DNA from: a virus
Lineage: Duplodnaviria > Caudoviricetes
Length of the DNA stretch: 64,000 nucleotides
Virus record (IMG/VR): IMGVR_UViG_3300037264_008235
Span: 1,466-65,465 of that record
Strand: one strand, 5' to 3'
The translations under genes were made by a program, and so were the position numbers. A model generated the notes under the pieces. The model was not told the origin of the DNA. It ran no database searches and saw nothing but the letters and a program-made list of their open reading frames with translations. Below, in pieces: positions 28,889-40,205 of this stretch. Every line of letters starts with the position of its first letter. Position 1 is the stretch's first letter.

Positions 28889-29128
28889 TCACGGCGACTC
28901 CGTCCGCGGAGTGGCGACGGGTGCCTCATCGCCGTAGGGATACGTCTGGTAGCGGGAGAACTCGTAGACGTCCTCGTTCCCGCGCCGGCGCCGCTCGTAG
29001 AAGTGCCAGACGTCCGGCCCGTAGCAGGAGGCGGGGAAGACGACGAAGGGCGTGGCCGGACGGCCGGCCCGGAACTCGATCCAGCAGCCGTCGTGCGGCC
29101 CGCCGAAGACGCGCCGGGAGCGGGTCAC
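28889..29128 (-). CDS. Hypothetical protein
   Basis: FGGPHDG motif, coupled start. Confidence 0.45.
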   Translation of the reverse strand: MTRSRRVFGGPHDGCWIEFRAGRPATPFVVFPASCYGPDVWHFYERRRRGNEDVYEFSRYQTYPYGDEAPVATPRTESP

Positions 29129-29814
29129 GGCCGGCGCGCGGCCTCTCTCAGTTCGCGCGCGCGGCGGAGGAGGGACGCCACGGCCGCGCACTCGGACGCC
29201 GGGTCGTGGAGCTCGATCCTGAGCCCGGCGCGCTCCGCGCAGGTCCTCAGCGACGGCGGCTCGGCGTCCCCGTCCTCGAGGAACGCGGTGGTCGGGTCGA
29301 GCGCGCGGCGATGGAACAGGCCGCGGCACCAGTCCTCGGCCGGGAGCGCGCGGAGGAACGAGAGGTCGAACGACGGGTTCTTCGCCGCGACGACCCACGG
29401 ACCCCAGGCGGTCCCGTGCTGGTAGGCGTGGCGGGCCAGGATCGAGACGACGTCCTCCGGTCTGGTCGGGCGGTAGTCCCGCCCGCGCCACCGGACGGTC
29501 TCCGCCGGGCCGACGACCTCGGACCGGTGGTCCGCGCCGCGCTGGACGCGGACGGGCGGATCGCGGACCAGGACCGCGCGCGCGGCCGCGAGCGCCGCCC
29601 ACAGGCCGGTCCCGTCGTGCAGCGCAACGGCTCCGTCCTCGCACGAGTAGTTGCCGTCCCAGGTCGGCACGAGGAGGCGGAGCGTCGCGGCGTCCGTCTG
29701 CTCAGCGGTCCGCGGCGGGTTCCGGTCGTCGTCCAGCAGCGCCGCGAGCGCGACGAGCTGGTGGCGGGTCGGGTCGAGGCCGGTGGTCTCCACGTCGATC
29801 GACAGGAACCTCAC
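29125..29814 (-). CDS. DEDDh/DnaQ-like 3'-5' exonuclease
   Basis: SIDVETTGLD, NPSFDLSFL, HDPASE. Confidence 0.8.
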   Translation of the reverse strand: MRFLSIDVETTGLDPTRHQLVALAALLDDDRNPPRTAEQTDAATLRLLVPTWDGNYSCEDGAVALHDGTGLWAALAAARAVLVRDPPVRVQRGADHRSEVVGPAETVRWRGRDYRPTRPEDVVSILARHAYQHGTAWGPWVVAAKNPSFDLSFLRALPAEDWCRGLFHRRALDPTTAFLEDGDAEPPSLRTCAERAGLRIELHDPASECAAVASLLRRARELREAARRP

Positions 29815-30481
29815 TCCCCGCCTCCCTTCTCCGTCGCGGGAGCGGGACGCGGCGGCGAGCAGGTTCCGGCCCCCGGGTCACGACTCGGAGTCGATCGCTC
29901 CGGGCCGGTCGGAGCGCCCGCCGCCGGTCCCGCGTTCTGGAGGTCGTCGAGGTAGCGCGCGAGGGCGCGGAGGCAGTCGGGGGAGAAGACGGTCCCGTCC
30001 CGCGGAGCGAAGACGTGGCAGCGCCACTCCGGGTACCGCTCGACGACGCCGAGGACGGCGCCGCTTTTCCGGTTCACGACCTGCCGGCCGAAGGTCAGCA
30101 TGTATCGGCTGCGGAGAACCGGCGCGCTCACGTCCGCGCCTCCGCGTCGAGCGACGGCGGTTGCTGGCCCTCGCGAAGAACCTCGTCGGGCGGTCCCTGC
30201 GGTTTCGGCGGTGCCGGCTCTGCCGGCTTCGGCGGTGCCGGCTCTGCCGGCTTCGGCGCGAGCGCGCGGGCGAGCAACTGCTCCTCGACCGCCTCGATCG
30301 CCTTAATCGGGGACTCCGCGGTCGCCTCGACGCCGCCGCAGCACGCCGTCCAGAAGATCATGTCCTTGCCGCGGAGGAGCGGTCTGATGGAGACGTGCGT
30401 CCCCTTGAAGTACGCGGACAGCGCGTCCCCGTTTCCGGGCGCGAACCTGAGCGACTCGAAAGCCATTCCGGAACCCTCCAA
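29811..30481 (-). CDS. Two hypothetical proteins (29811-30131, 30128-30481)
   Basis: Coupled ORFs; second has a duplicated PKPAEPAP (24-bp) repeat. Confidence 0.45.
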
Positions 30482-30723
30482 AGCGGCGCGCCGCCCGCGC
30501 GCCTCCGGGACCTCCGCCAGCCGCCGCCTCTTCCCGCCCGCCGCGCCGGCTATTATAAGAGGAAGCGGTTCAAGAGGAAGGGTCCGCGGCGTCCCAAGCG
30601 GAGCACGCGCGTAAGTGTAGAGGTGGCGGATTGATAACGCTCAGGCGTTTTTCTTTTCCGTTTTCCGGTAACGCGCGGCCGGCTTCAGGGTATAACACCT
30701 ACGTAAAGAAAGGACGGTGACCG
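30482..30723. promoter_or_regulatory. Divergent promoter region
   Basis: Strand switch; minus TATAAT 30552-30557; AAGAGGAAG direct repeat; plus GTAACG-17-TATAAC at 30668-30696. Confidence 0.6.
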
Positions 30724-32942
30724 GTGAGTTCGATCAACATGATCAAGGTGGCGGCGCTGGACCGCCCGGTCCTGGCCGCGATCCGGAAGCGGATGGACGA
30801 GGCGCTCTCCGCGGTCGGGGTCGAGTTCGGGCTCCGGATCGTGACCGGGAGGGCGACCTACTCCCCGACGCTGGCGACCTTCAAGGTCGAGGTCGCGACG
30901 GTCGGAGCGGACGGGGTCGCGGAGACGCGGGAGGCGCGGGACTACCGCGAGATGGCCTACGCGTTTGGGCTCGACCCGGCGTGGCTCGGGAAGTCGTTCA
31001 CCTACGGCGGGAAGCCGGCCGAGATCGTCGGGCTCAAGCCGAACGCGCGCCGCTTCCCGGTCCTCGTGCGGCAGGGGGAACGGACGTTCAAGTTCACCGC
31101 GGACACGATCCGGAACGCGCTGGGCGGGAACGGAGAGAAGGGAGGCGCGCGGTGACTCACGTCAGCCTGACCGACGCCCGCTTCGCGGAGATCGAGGCCC
31201 GGGCGCGGGAGGGGGACCGGGCCGCGACCGCGACGCTGGTCTGCCTCTCGGGCCTGATCCGGAGCGCGGAGCGGGAGATCGAACAGTCGACCGCCTCGAT
31301 CCGCGACCGGCTCTCCGACGACCTCTACGACGAGATGGAGCGGTACCGGATCGAGGAGCGGAAGCGGGCGGAGGACGCGGCGAAGATGCCGCCCTGCGGG
31401 CATCCGGAGTGCCTCGGCGGTCCCTGCGCGCGCGGCGGATCGAGAGAGGCGGTGCGCCGTGGGTAGCCGGAGGGAGATGCCGCTCGAGGCGGTCAACGAC
31501 GCGATCGGGAACGCGGAGCGCGCGCTTGGCAGCACGAGCGAGGCGCGCCGGCAGGAGGCCGGGAAGTCGGTCGTCGAGCTGGTCGACGAGGCGGAGGGCG
31601 GCGCCGACCACGGCGCGCTCCGCTCGGAGCTGATGTCCGACTTGGTCAACGAGGTCGGGAGCGCGCGGGCGGACGCGCTCCTGATCGCCGCGCTCGGGCG
31701 CGCGTTCGCGGAGTCGGAGACCTGGAAGCGGTGGTCGGACCGGATCGCGGAGGCGGTCGCGGAGCGGCGGATGGAGGACGAGGAGGACCGGCTCGCGAAC
31801 CGGGAGCACGACGATGGGTAGCGGCGTCGAGAAGAGGCGCGGGCCCGGACTCGGCGACCTGGACTACGAGGCGGTCCGCGACGAGCGGGCGCCGGAGCGC
31901 CCCTGCCCGGACTGCGGCCGGCCGACGCGCGGCCTCGCGTGGGAGGACGGCGGGACGTTCTCCGGGTGCGAGGACTGCTGGCTGGCGCGGGTCGACGAGC
32001 GCGACCGGCCGCCCCCGCCGGGGACGTGGCCGGTCTCGGCGGAGGACAACGAGGTCCGGGGAGACGATCGAGACTACCTGCGTTTCGGAGGAGACTGGTG
32101 ATGGGAGACTGCGTCGCGCTGGAATCGAGGCTGGAGCGCCTCTGCTTCGGCCTCGAGACGGAAGGGCGCGGGACGGCGCCGAACGGGGACGAGTACGTGA
32201 TCCGGCCGACGATGTTCGGGTCCTGCGTCAACTGGGCGCGGCTCCGCCCGACGTCGGACCCGGCCGCGCCGGAGGTCCACGTGGACCCGACGTTCCACGT
32301 GACGGTGAACAACGACGGGCGCCGGGCCGCGATCGCGGCGGCCGTAGAGGACGCCCGCGCGATCGCGAGAGGAGGAGTCGAGAAGTGAACGACAAGACGA
32401 ACATGCTGGCGAGGAGTCAGGACGCTCAGCCTGGAGGCGGTCGGGGCGCTGCTGCCCGACCCGGTGCCGGAGAGGAGGGCCGCGCGGTGATCAGGACGGT
32501 GTTCTACTCGGCGATAACCAGCCGGAGTCCGGAGGGCGATCGGGCCGACCTCTCGTTTCGCGCCGAGCGTCCGGAGGGGCGGGAGGCGGCGAGCCGCGCG
32601 TTCCTGGCCGAGATCGCCTCGGAGGCGGAGCGGGCCGGCGCGGTCCTCTTCCACGTCGAGCCGGGAGACGGGACGCGCTACTTCGGGTCCGTCGTCCGGC
32701 AGGGCGGGACCGCGCGCGTGGTCCTGGCGCTCGCGGGGATGCTCGCGGCCGAGATCGACGGGCGATTCGAGGTCGAGCCGGAGGGGCTGGAGGACCTCGC
32801 CCGATCGCGCGCGGACGGCGGGCGCGGCCTGAACCCCTGTACGGCCGCGCTCGCGTGCGACGTCTGCAACTCGTTCACGGGCGCGCGGGACCGCGGCGCG
32901 GATTCCTACTACGACTGGGAGGCCGCGCAGCCGCGGATGTGA
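30724..32942 (+). CDS. Cluster of small early hypothetical ORFs (30724-31155, 31152-31466, 31459-31821, 31814-32101, 32101-32388, 32487-32942)
   Basis: Coupled ORFs with GGAG RBSs. Confidence 0.55.
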
Positions 32943-32952
32943 GGAGGCGACG

Positions 32953-33297
32953 GTGAAGACGTATCACGGCCACAGAGAGAACGGGTGTCTGAACGTGTTC
33001 GTGACCGCGGCCGGCCTGAAGCGGCCGCTCAAGCATCATGTCCACCACTCGCCGGACGGTTTCGAGTGCGGGTACGGCGGGTCCGGCCCGGCGGACCTCG
33101 CGCTCGCGCTCGCGGCCGACGCGATCGGGGCGGAGCGGGAGCGGGTGAGAATCTTTCAGGGAGAAGTCGGGCGCCGAGCCTGGGACGCGCACATGCGGGT
33201 CAAGGCGGAACTGGTCACGACGCTGCCCAGGGACGGCGACTGGACGATCTTCGAGAGTGAGGTCCTGGCCTCGATCGCGCGCGTGGAGCAGAAATGA
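32953..33297 (+). CDS. DUF6166-like protein
   Basis: HSPDGFECGYGGSGPADLALAL. Confidence 0.7.
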   Translation: MKTYHGHRENGCLNVFVTAAGLKRPLKHHVHHSPDGFECGYGGSGPADLALALAADAIGAERERVRIFQGEVGRRAWDAHMRVKAELVTTLPRDGDWTIFESEVLASIARVEQK

Positions 33298-33571
33298 GGA
33301 CCGGCGGCGGGGCCGACTCGGGATCCGGTCTGCTCGGAGTAACGCCCCGTCAGGCTTCTCGGGACCTCTGGCGTCCCCGCCGCCGCTTCCTTTCCGGTAT
33401 TCCCGGAGGTCCGCGCGCCGTCCCCGGCGCTCGGTCTGTCCCACGGCCCGGTCTCTCCGGGCGGTCGCGGGCCTCCTCTCTGTTCCTCCAGTCGCGCCGC
33501 GTTCCGGCTTCCTCTTCCGTCCGGAGCGCGAGTCGGTACAATACCTACCAGGCGGCGGCGGCTGGTTCGAC

Positions 33572-35611
33572 ATGACGTCCACGACTGCGGCGGCGTCCCA
33601 CTTGCTCGACACCTGCGGGCGGTTCCTCTCGCTCGGCCTGACCAAGGAGGGCCGGCGCTTCGACGCGTCGGTCCGCCTCCTCGCCACGGGGGAGCAGGAC
33701 CCGTCTCCGCCGCTCCACCTCGTCCGCTCCCTCTCCGACCTCGACGAGTCCCGCTCCTACGTGAAGGGCCGGCACCCGAAACCACGCTGGGCCGTCGCCG
33801 GGACCTGGGTCGCCGCCGCCGCGCTCCGCTCGGCCTGGGGCGAGCTGGCCCGGTTCCGCGGCGTCCGGTTCAAGGACGGGACCGAGCGGCCGGCCGCGGA
33901 GGCGGAGGCGCTCTGGCGCGCCTGCCTCGCCCGCGTCGACGCGTGGGAGGACCGCCCGCTGATCGTCGCCGAGTTCAAGGGCGCCGGCGTGGTCCCGGAG
34001 GTCCCCGGCTTCGAGCAGCCGGAGGGCGCGGTCCTCGGCGCCCACCAGATCGCGTCGCTCGCGTTCCTGGACGGCCGCTCCGCGCTCCTCTTCCAGGACA
34101 AAGGGACCGGCAAGACGGCCGTCGCCGCCGCGCTCGCGTCCCTGATCGCGCGGCGCCGCGCCGGGAAGAGTTCGCGCCTGCCGGGCGACGCGCGCGAGAT
34201 CGGGACCCGCGTCCTGGTCCTCTGCCCGCCCCAGGTCCGGACCAACTGGGTCGCCGAGATCCCGCGGTTCTGCTCCGTCCCGTCGCTCGCGCGCGTGCTC
34301 CGCGGGGACCGACTCGCGCGCGCCCGCCAGCTCGCCTCCTCCGTCTTCTGGTCCGACCTCTTCCCGGCGGCGCTCGCCTCGTTCTTGATCTGCTCCTACG
34401 AGACGGCCGGGACCTCGACCCTCGAGGACCTCCTCCGCGTCGAGTGGGACCTCCTGGTCTGCGACGAGTCCCACGCGTTCAAGGACCCGTCCACGCGGCG
34501 GTGGCGGACGGTCCGCGCGCTCCGCGACCGGAGCCGGCAGGCGCTCGGCCTGACCGGGTCCCCGATCGGGAACAGCTTCGCGGACCTCTGGACGCAGTTC
34601 GAGCTCTGCGGCTCCGGCGAGTCCGGGTTCATGAGCTCGCGCCACTTCCGGAAGCGGTACGGGAAGTACCTGCCGGTCGCGGGGGTCCCCGGCGTCGAGC
34701 GCCTCGTCGGCATGAAGAACGTCCCCGAGCTGCAGAAGACGGTCGCGCGCCTGGCGTTCGTCCTGACGAAGCCGGAGGCCGGCCTGTCCCTGCCGGAGAA
34801 GATCCGCGACCAGTGGGAGGTCGGGCTCGGCCCGCGCGCGCGCGCCGCCTACGAGTCGATGCGCGAGTTCCTGGTCGTCCGGCTCGCCGAGGACGAGGCC
34901 GACGCGCGCGCCGCCGGCCGCGTGCTCACCGTCGAGTCCTCCCTGGTCAAGCTGCTCCGCCTCGCGCAGATCACGTCCGGGCACGTCGCCTGGGATCCCG
35001 AGTTTCCCGCCGGAGAGGACGGCGAGCTCGAGGAGCGGACGGTCGAGCAGCTCGACGACCCGAACCCGAAGGTCGAGGCGGTCCTCGAGATACTGGGCGC
35101 CGAGGACCGGGACCCGCAGGGGAAGACGATCGTCTGGGCCTGCTGGCGCGAGGACCTCCGCGCGCTCTCCGCGCGCCTGGACGCGGCCGGGATCGACCAC
35201 GTCTCCTACCACGGCGGCGTGGACTTCGACGACCGGGAGGAGGCCGTCCGGCGCTTCAACGAGGACCGGCTCTGCCGCGTCTTCGTGGCGAACCAGCAGA
35301 CCGCCGGCGAGGGCCTGAACCTCGTCGGCTACGACCTCAAGAACCCGCGGGGGTCCCGGACCTACGCGGACCATGAGATCTTCTTCTCGCAGGGATGGAG
35401 CTCGATCATGCGTTCCCAGGCGGAGGACCGGGCCCACCGGCGCGGGACGCGCGTCCAGCTCCGGATCACCGACCTCGTCGCGCCCGGGACGATCGACGAG
35501 GAGATCCGCGAGCGCGTGACGGAGAAGCTGGAGACCGCCGAGCGGCTGACCGACCTCCGCGGTCTGCTCGACAGCGTCCTCCGGAAGTCGCTGGGAGGGC
35601 CCGACGAGTGA
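33572..35611 (+). CDS. SNF2-family helicase
   Basis: DKGTGKT, CDESH, LTGSP, GEGLNL, QAEDRAHRRG. Confidence 0.88.
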   Translation: MTSTTAAASHLLDTCGRFLSLGLTKEGRRFDASVRLLATGEQDPSPPLHLVRSLSDLDESRSYVKGRHPKPRWAVAGTWVAAAALRSAWGELARFRGVRFKDGTERPAAEAEALWRACLARVDAWEDRPLIVAEFKGAGVVPEVPGFEQPEGAVLGAHQIASLAFLDGRSALLFQDKGTGKTAVAAALASLIARRRAGKSSRLPGDAREIGTRVLVLCPPQVRTNWVAEIPRFCSVPSLARVLRGDRLARARQLASSVFWSDLFPAALASFLICSYETAGTSTLEDLLRVEWDLLVCDESHAFKDPSTRRWRTVRALRDRSRQALGLTGSPIGNSFADLWTQFELCGSGESGFMSSRHFRKRYGKYLPVAGVPGVERLVGMKNVPELQKTVARLAFVLTKPEAGLSLPEKIRDQWEVGLGPRARAAYESMREFLVVRLAEDEADARAAGRVLTVESSLVKLLRLAQITSGHVAWDPEFPAGEDGELEERTVEQLDDPNPKVEAVLEILGAEDRDPQGKTIVWACWREDLRALSARLDAAGIDHVSYHGGVDFDDREEAVRRFNEDRLCRVFVANQQTAGEGLNLVGYDLKNPRGSRTYADHEIFFSQGWSSIMRSQAEDRAHRRGTRVQLRITDLVAPGTIDEEIRERVTEKLETAERLTDLRGLLDSVLRKSLGGPDE

Positions 35612-36207
35612 GCGTCGACAGGGGCGCGATCGCGGAGCGCGCGGCGCTTCTCGCCCGGATCGAGGACCTCTACCGGGAGGTCGTCCGGGTCCTCGCCGGG
35701 GACCACGACGGGCTCGTCCCGTCCGGGTCGCCGGAGCTGGTCGACCTCGGCTACCTCGCGCGCCGGGCGGAGCGGACCCTGAAGGCGGCCGGCGTCGCCG
35801 CCGGCGCGCTGGCGCTCGCGGCCGGCAAGGTCCTCTACTCCCGCCACGCGGGCGAGGCCGCGATGGACCCGGTCCGGAAACTCCGCGTGGACGGCGAGCT
35901 GGCCTACGCCTACCCGGACTCGGACGTCAAGCCGGCGATCCCGCGGCTCGGGTCGATGGACCACGAGGACCTCCTGGTCCGGCTCGGGGTCCCGCCGCGG
36001 GTCGCGCGGACCGGGCTCCTGACCTTCCACTTCCGGAACCTCGGGACCTACTGTACGCGGCTGGCGGAGCGCGGCGAGGCGCCGCCGCTACCGACCTTCA
36101 GCGACTACTCGTGCACCTACCGCGGCCGCTCCTCGAAGGAGAAGGCCGCGGACGATTTCGACCGACCGATCGAGGAACCCGTAGAAGACGGAGGCGACGC
36201 GCGATGA
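35608..36207 (+). CDS. Hypothetical protein
   Basis: Coupled between helicase and SSB-like gene. Confidence 0.5.
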   Translation: MSVDRGAIAERAALLARIEDLYREVVRVLAGDHDGLVPSGSPELVDLGYLARRAERTLKAAGVAAGALALAAGKVLYSRHAGEAAMDPVRKLRVDGELAYAYPDSDVKPAIPRLGSMDHEDLLVRLGVPPRVARTGLLTFHFRNLGTYCTRLAERGEAPPLPTFSDYSCTYRGRSSKEKAADDFDRPIEEPVEDGGDAR

Positions 36208-37010
36208 CGGACAAGGACAAGCAGATGACGACGATCGGGGACTCGAGCTTCCTGGCGGAGCTCGCGGAGGGGGACAAGAGTCTGGAGAACCTCGAGCGGG
36301 ACCGGGTCCTCCCGCGGCTGGTGCAGATCCAGTCGACCAGCAAGGAGGAGTTCAAGGAGCTCTACGGCGAGGGGACGCTGGTCCTGATGCCGGGCGGGAT
36401 GGACGTCTGCCAGCGGCAGGAGCGGCTCCCGGTGATCCCCATCTTCTACTGGAAGAGCTGGGAGACGTTCGCGGATAACCGGGACAAGAACAGCCCGAAG
36501 TCGCTCGCCAAGAGCCAGGACCCGCGCGGGACGATCGCGCGGAAGGCGGCGAACCCGGAGACGCGCTTCGAGCAGTACGAGGGCGGGCCGCCGAAGGAGC
36601 CGTTCAAGATGGCCCACGTCGAGCAGCTCAACTTCGTCGTGCAGGTCGACCGGGAGAACGCGATCACCGGCGAGACGCTGAGCGTCCGGTGGCAGAAAGG
36701 GGACTGGTACGGCGGTCAGGACTTCCTGAACGGCATCCTCCAGAAGAAGGCGGACGGGAAGAAGATCCCGATGTGGGCCCAGCGGTGGGTCCTCCAGCCG
36801 AAGTGGATCGAGCGCGGGCAGAACAAGTTCTGGGGCGTCGGCGCGACGCCGAACGTCCCGCTCCTGCTCGACCGGGAGACGGCGGTCAAGGCGCGGGCGG
36901 CCTACCTCGCGATCGAGGCGGCCCACAACCGAGGCGCGCTGAGCGTGGTCGACGGAGACGAGCCGCCGCCGCCGGAGGCGGAGCCGGAGTCGTTCGACTT
37001 CAAGGTGTGA
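36204..37010 (+). CDS. Putative ssDNA-binding protein
   Basis: LENL..DRVLPRLVQIQ..S N-terminus and acidic/aromatic C-tail (EAEPESFDFKV). Confidence 0.5.
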   Translation: MTDKDKQMTTIGDSSFLAELAEGDKSLENLERDRVLPRLVQIQSTSKEEFKELYGEGTLVLMPGGMDVCQRQERLPVIPIFYWKSWETFADNRDKNSPKSLAKSQDPRGTIARKAANPETRFEQYEGGPPKEPFKMAHVEQLNFVVQVDRENAITGETLSVRWQKGDWYGGQDFLNGILQKKADGKKIPMWAQRWVLQPKWIERGQNKFWGVGATPNVPLLLDRETAVKARAAYLAIEAAHNRGALSVVDGDEPPPPEAEPESFDFKV

Positions 37011-37242
37011 TGATCTGATGAAACTGCGGGACGGGTCCGGGAACCTTTCTTTACACACGCCGAAGCGCCCGCTCGGGGCGCGCGCCGTCGCCCTTCCCGG
37101 GCCCGCCCCCTTTCCCGGAGGCGGAACGTGAGCGGAGGCCACGTGAAGCCCACGCCGCTGCAACTGTCGTGTCTCTCTGGCTTCTGGAACTACGCAACGA
37201 TGTACTGCAAGCGGTGCCGGAGGATCTCCCGGCTGAGTTCCC

Positions 37243-37864
37243 GTGGCTGACGCGCGCCGCCTGGTCGCCGAGCTGGCGGGCCGGCTCGAGCCGCTCGGCG
37301 GGCCGGACGCGGGCCTGATCGCTCGCGCGCGGAAGTTCGCCGCGGCGCCGGACCGCTCCGCCGATCTCGCGCTCTCGGCCGCCGCGCTGGCCCGCGGTGT
37401 GAGGCGGAAGCAGAACTACCTGACCATGCTGTTCCGGGAGGTCCTCGAGGTCGAGCGGGCCGCGCTCCGGGTCCTGAACGAGACGCGCCCCGCCGGGACG
37501 CCGTTCCGGACCCACCTGCTCGACGCGGTCCGGGACCGGGAGGAGCGGAGCCGTGCCTGACGACCCGGTCGTGGTCGGGTTCGACACGTGCCGTCCCGGC
37601 GCCGCGCTCGTGGCGACGCGGTTCCGGATCGGGGACCTCTCCGGGTACGGGCTCTGGAACGACAAGCTGCTGATCTTCGACGGGTACCTGCTGGACGGGT
37701 CCGCCGAGGGCCGGGTCGACGTGGCCGTCTCCGTCCCCCTGAACGGCGCGCTGGTGGCCCTGGGCTGCGTGGTGGGCGCGGCGTGCGTGGGGCTGTTCGT
37801 CTACTGCGTCGGGTCGAAACTGATGGACGAGTGGAAGTGGCGGCAGCGCGGGAGGCGGGGGTGA
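37243..37864 (+). CDS. Two hypothetical proteins (37243-37560; 37553-37864, TM)
   Basis: Overlapping ORFs. Confidence 0.4.
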
Positions 37865-39225
37865 GCTACGCGACCTTCCTGGAGCGAAAGTCGAACGTCG
37901 GGGCACGCGAGGGCTTCGATCCGATCTGGATGCCCGACTTCCTCTTCCCGTTCCAGGTCGCACTTGCTGAGTGGGCGATCCAGCGCGGACGTGCCGCGAT
38001 CTTCGCGGACTGCGGCCTGGGCAAAACGGCGATACAACTCGTGTGGGCCGAGAACGTCGCCCGGAAGACCGACGGCCGCGTGCTCCTCCTGACCCCGCTC
38101 GCGGTCGCGCAACAGACCATCCGCGAGGCGGAGAAGTTCGGGATCGAGGCGCACCGCTCGGTTGCCGGGGAGTTGCGGGGGCGCATCGTGGTCACGAACT
38201 ACGAGCGCCTCCACCACTTCAACCCGGAGGACTTCTCCGGAGTCGTCTGCGACGAGAGCAGCATTCTCAAGTCGTACGACGGGGTCCGACGCGCCGCCAT
38301 TACCGGGTTCATGCGGAAGACGCACTACCGCCTCCTTTGCACTGCGACAGCGGCACCAAACGACTACGTTGAGCTGGGCACGTCCAGCGAAGCGCTCGGG
38401 CATCTCGGGCACGTGGACATGCTCAATCGGTTCTTCGTGAACAACCGGAACAACTCGGCTGTGGGTGGGCGCCACCACCGCGAGACGATCCAATGGCGCT
38501 TCAAGGGACATGCGGAGGCTCCATTCTGGCGCTGGGTCTGCTCTTGGGCGCGCGCGTGCCGAAGCCCCTCCGACCTCGGATTCGAGGACGGGTCGTTCAT
38601 GCTGCCACCGCTCAAGGAGCGCGAGCACGTGGTCGAAGCGCGGACGCTGCGCCGCGGCGCCCTCTTCGCGCTTCCAGCGGAGAACATGCAGGAGGAGCGC
38701 GAGGAGAGGCGACGAACCATCATCGAGCGGTGCGAGAAGGTTGCAGAGCTGGTGCGCGGGAACGCGCCCGCTCTGATCTGGTGCGGTCTCAACGACGAGG
38801 GGGACTTACTCGAATCCATGATCCCGGACGCCCTCCAGGTGGCTGGCGGAGACTCCGACGAGGCCAAAGAGGAACGCCTAACCGCGTTCGCTGAGGGTCG
38901 CGTCCGCGTGCTCGTCACGAAGCCCAAGATTGGAGCCTGGGGGCTGAACCTTCAGCGGTGCGCGCACGTCGTCTTCTTCGCCACGCACAGCTTCGAGTCC
39001 TACTACCAAGGGGTCCGTCGGTGCTGGCGATTTGGGCAGACGCGCCCGGTTCTCGTGGAGACGGTGGCGACCGAGGGGGAGGCGCACATCTTGGACAACA
39101 TGCGACGGAAGTCCGCTCAGGCTGACCAGATGTTCTCGCAACTGGTCGCGCTCATGGGCGAGCAGCTTTCGATTGGGAGGCGACTCGTGGGAACCATCGC
39201 AACGGAGACACCGGCGTGGCTGTAG
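37861..39225 (+). CDS. SNF2-like helicase associated with a methylase
   Basis: FADCGLGKT, CDESSILK, TATAAPND, WGLNLQ, YYQGVRRCWRFGQ. Confidence 0.88.
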   Translation: MSYATFLERKSNVGAREGFDPIWMPDFLFPFQVALAEWAIQRGRAAIFADCGLGKTAIQLVWAENVARKTDGRVLLLTPLAVAQQTIREAEKFGIEAHRSVAGELRGRIVVTNYERLHHFNPEDFSGVVCDESSILKSYDGVRRAAITGFMRKTHYRLLCTATAAPNDYVELGTSSEALGHLGHVDMLNRFFVNNRNNSAVGGRHHRETIQWRFKGHAEAPFWRWVCSWARACRSPSDLGFEDGSFMLPPLKEREHVVEARTLRRGALFALPAENMQEEREERRRTIIERCEKVAELVRGNAPALIWCGLNDEGDLLESMIPDALQVAGGDSDEAKEERLTAFAEGRVRVLVTKPKIGAWGLNLQRCAHVVFFATHSFESYYQGVRRCWRFGQTRPVLVETVATEGEAHILDNMRRKSAQADQMFSQLVALMGEQLSIGRRLVGTIATETPAWL

Positions 39226-40184
39226 CCGAGCAGATCGTGACCGACCGCTTCGCACTCTACCTGGGCGATTCGATCGAGGTCCTGGCGGACTTGCCCGAGG
39301 AATCCGTCCACCTCAGCGTCTACAGCCCGCCGTTCGGTGGCCTCTACCACTACAGCTCCGACGATCGCGACCTGTCCAATTCGAGCGACTATGCGACCTT
39401 CTTCGAGCACTACGGCTTCCTGGTGCGTGAGAAGACGCGGGTGACAATGCCCGGACGGATGAGCGCGGTCCACGCGATGGACATCCCGTCTGGGAACACG
39501 GGCAACGACCACCTGCGCGACTTTCCGGGGGACCTGATCCGGCTCCACGAGCGCGAAGGCTGGCACTACGTCGCGCGCTACCACGTCTGGAAAGAACCGC
39601 TAGGTGTCAGGAACCGGACGTTGGCGAAGAACCTCGCGCACAAGGCGATTGTGGAAGACTCCTCGCGCTGCTCGTGTGCCAGCGCGGACTACCTCCTGAT
39701 CTTCCGGAAGCACGGGACGAACCCGGTGCCGATCGCGCACCCGCACGGGCTGATGGACTACGCGGGCGAGCGGAAGGTGCCGCAGTACCTTCTACGCTAC
39801 CGGGGCTGGCGCGGCAGCCAGATCGAGAACCGCTACTCGCACTGGATATGGCGGCAGTACGCGTCGGCCTTCTGGGACGACGTGCGCCTGGATCGCGTGC
39901 TCCCGTTCCGGCCCGCCAAGGACGAGCAGGACGAGAAGCACGTCCACCCGCTCCAGCTCGACGTGATCGAGCGCGCCATCGTCCTCTGGAGCAATCCGGG
40001 AGAGACCGTGCTCACCCCGTTCATGGGTGTCGGGAGCGAAGTCTTCGGCGCCGTGAGCCTCGGGCGCCGCGGCATCGGCGTGGAACTGAAGTCGAGCTAC
40101 TTCCGGCAGTCGGTGCGGAACCTGGAGCTCGTGGGCGTCGCAAAGGATCAACAAGCGAGTCTGTTTCATGACACAGCCGAGTAG
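39216..40184 (+). CDS. DNA N4-cytosine/N6-adenine methyltransferase (beta class)
   Basis: SPPF catalytic motif, HVHPLQL, VLTPFMGVGS SAM motif. Confidence 0.9.
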   Translation: MAVAEQIVTDRFALYLGDSIEVLADLPEESVHLSVYSPPFGGLYHYSSDDRDLSNSSDYATFFEHYGFLVREKTRVTMPGRMSAVHAMDIPSGNTGNDHLRDFPGDLIRLHEREGWHYVARYHVWKEPLGVRNRTLAKNLAHKAIVEDSSRCSCASADYLLIFRKHGTNPVPIAHPHGLMDYAGERKVPQYLLRYRGWRGSQIENRYSHWIWRQYASAFWDDVRLDRVLPFRPAKDEQDEKHVHPLQLDVIERAIVLWSNPGETVLTPFMGVGSEVFGAVSLGRRGIGVELKSSYFRQSVRNLELVGVAKDQQASLFHDTAE

Positions 40185-40205
40185 AAAGGCCCGGGCGGGC
40201 CAATT

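Noticed and set aside
28354-28929. N-terminal ~190 aa of the 1379-aa ORF call
   Set aside because: Arg-rich shadow overlapping another gene; the TTG at 28353 with RBS and stop overlap is the better start
32275-32305. Additional parS-like CACGTG palindromes
   Set aside because: Inside a coding region and only partial matches
24800-33300. G-rich + strand regardless of gene direction as a replication-skew signal
   Set aside because: Visual impression only; the bias seems to begin left of the origin and reverse near 33.5 kb, so it needs computation
37011-37060. CTGATGA suggesting a hammerhead ribozyme
   Set aside because: No stem II followed by GAAA and no stem I/III pairing found
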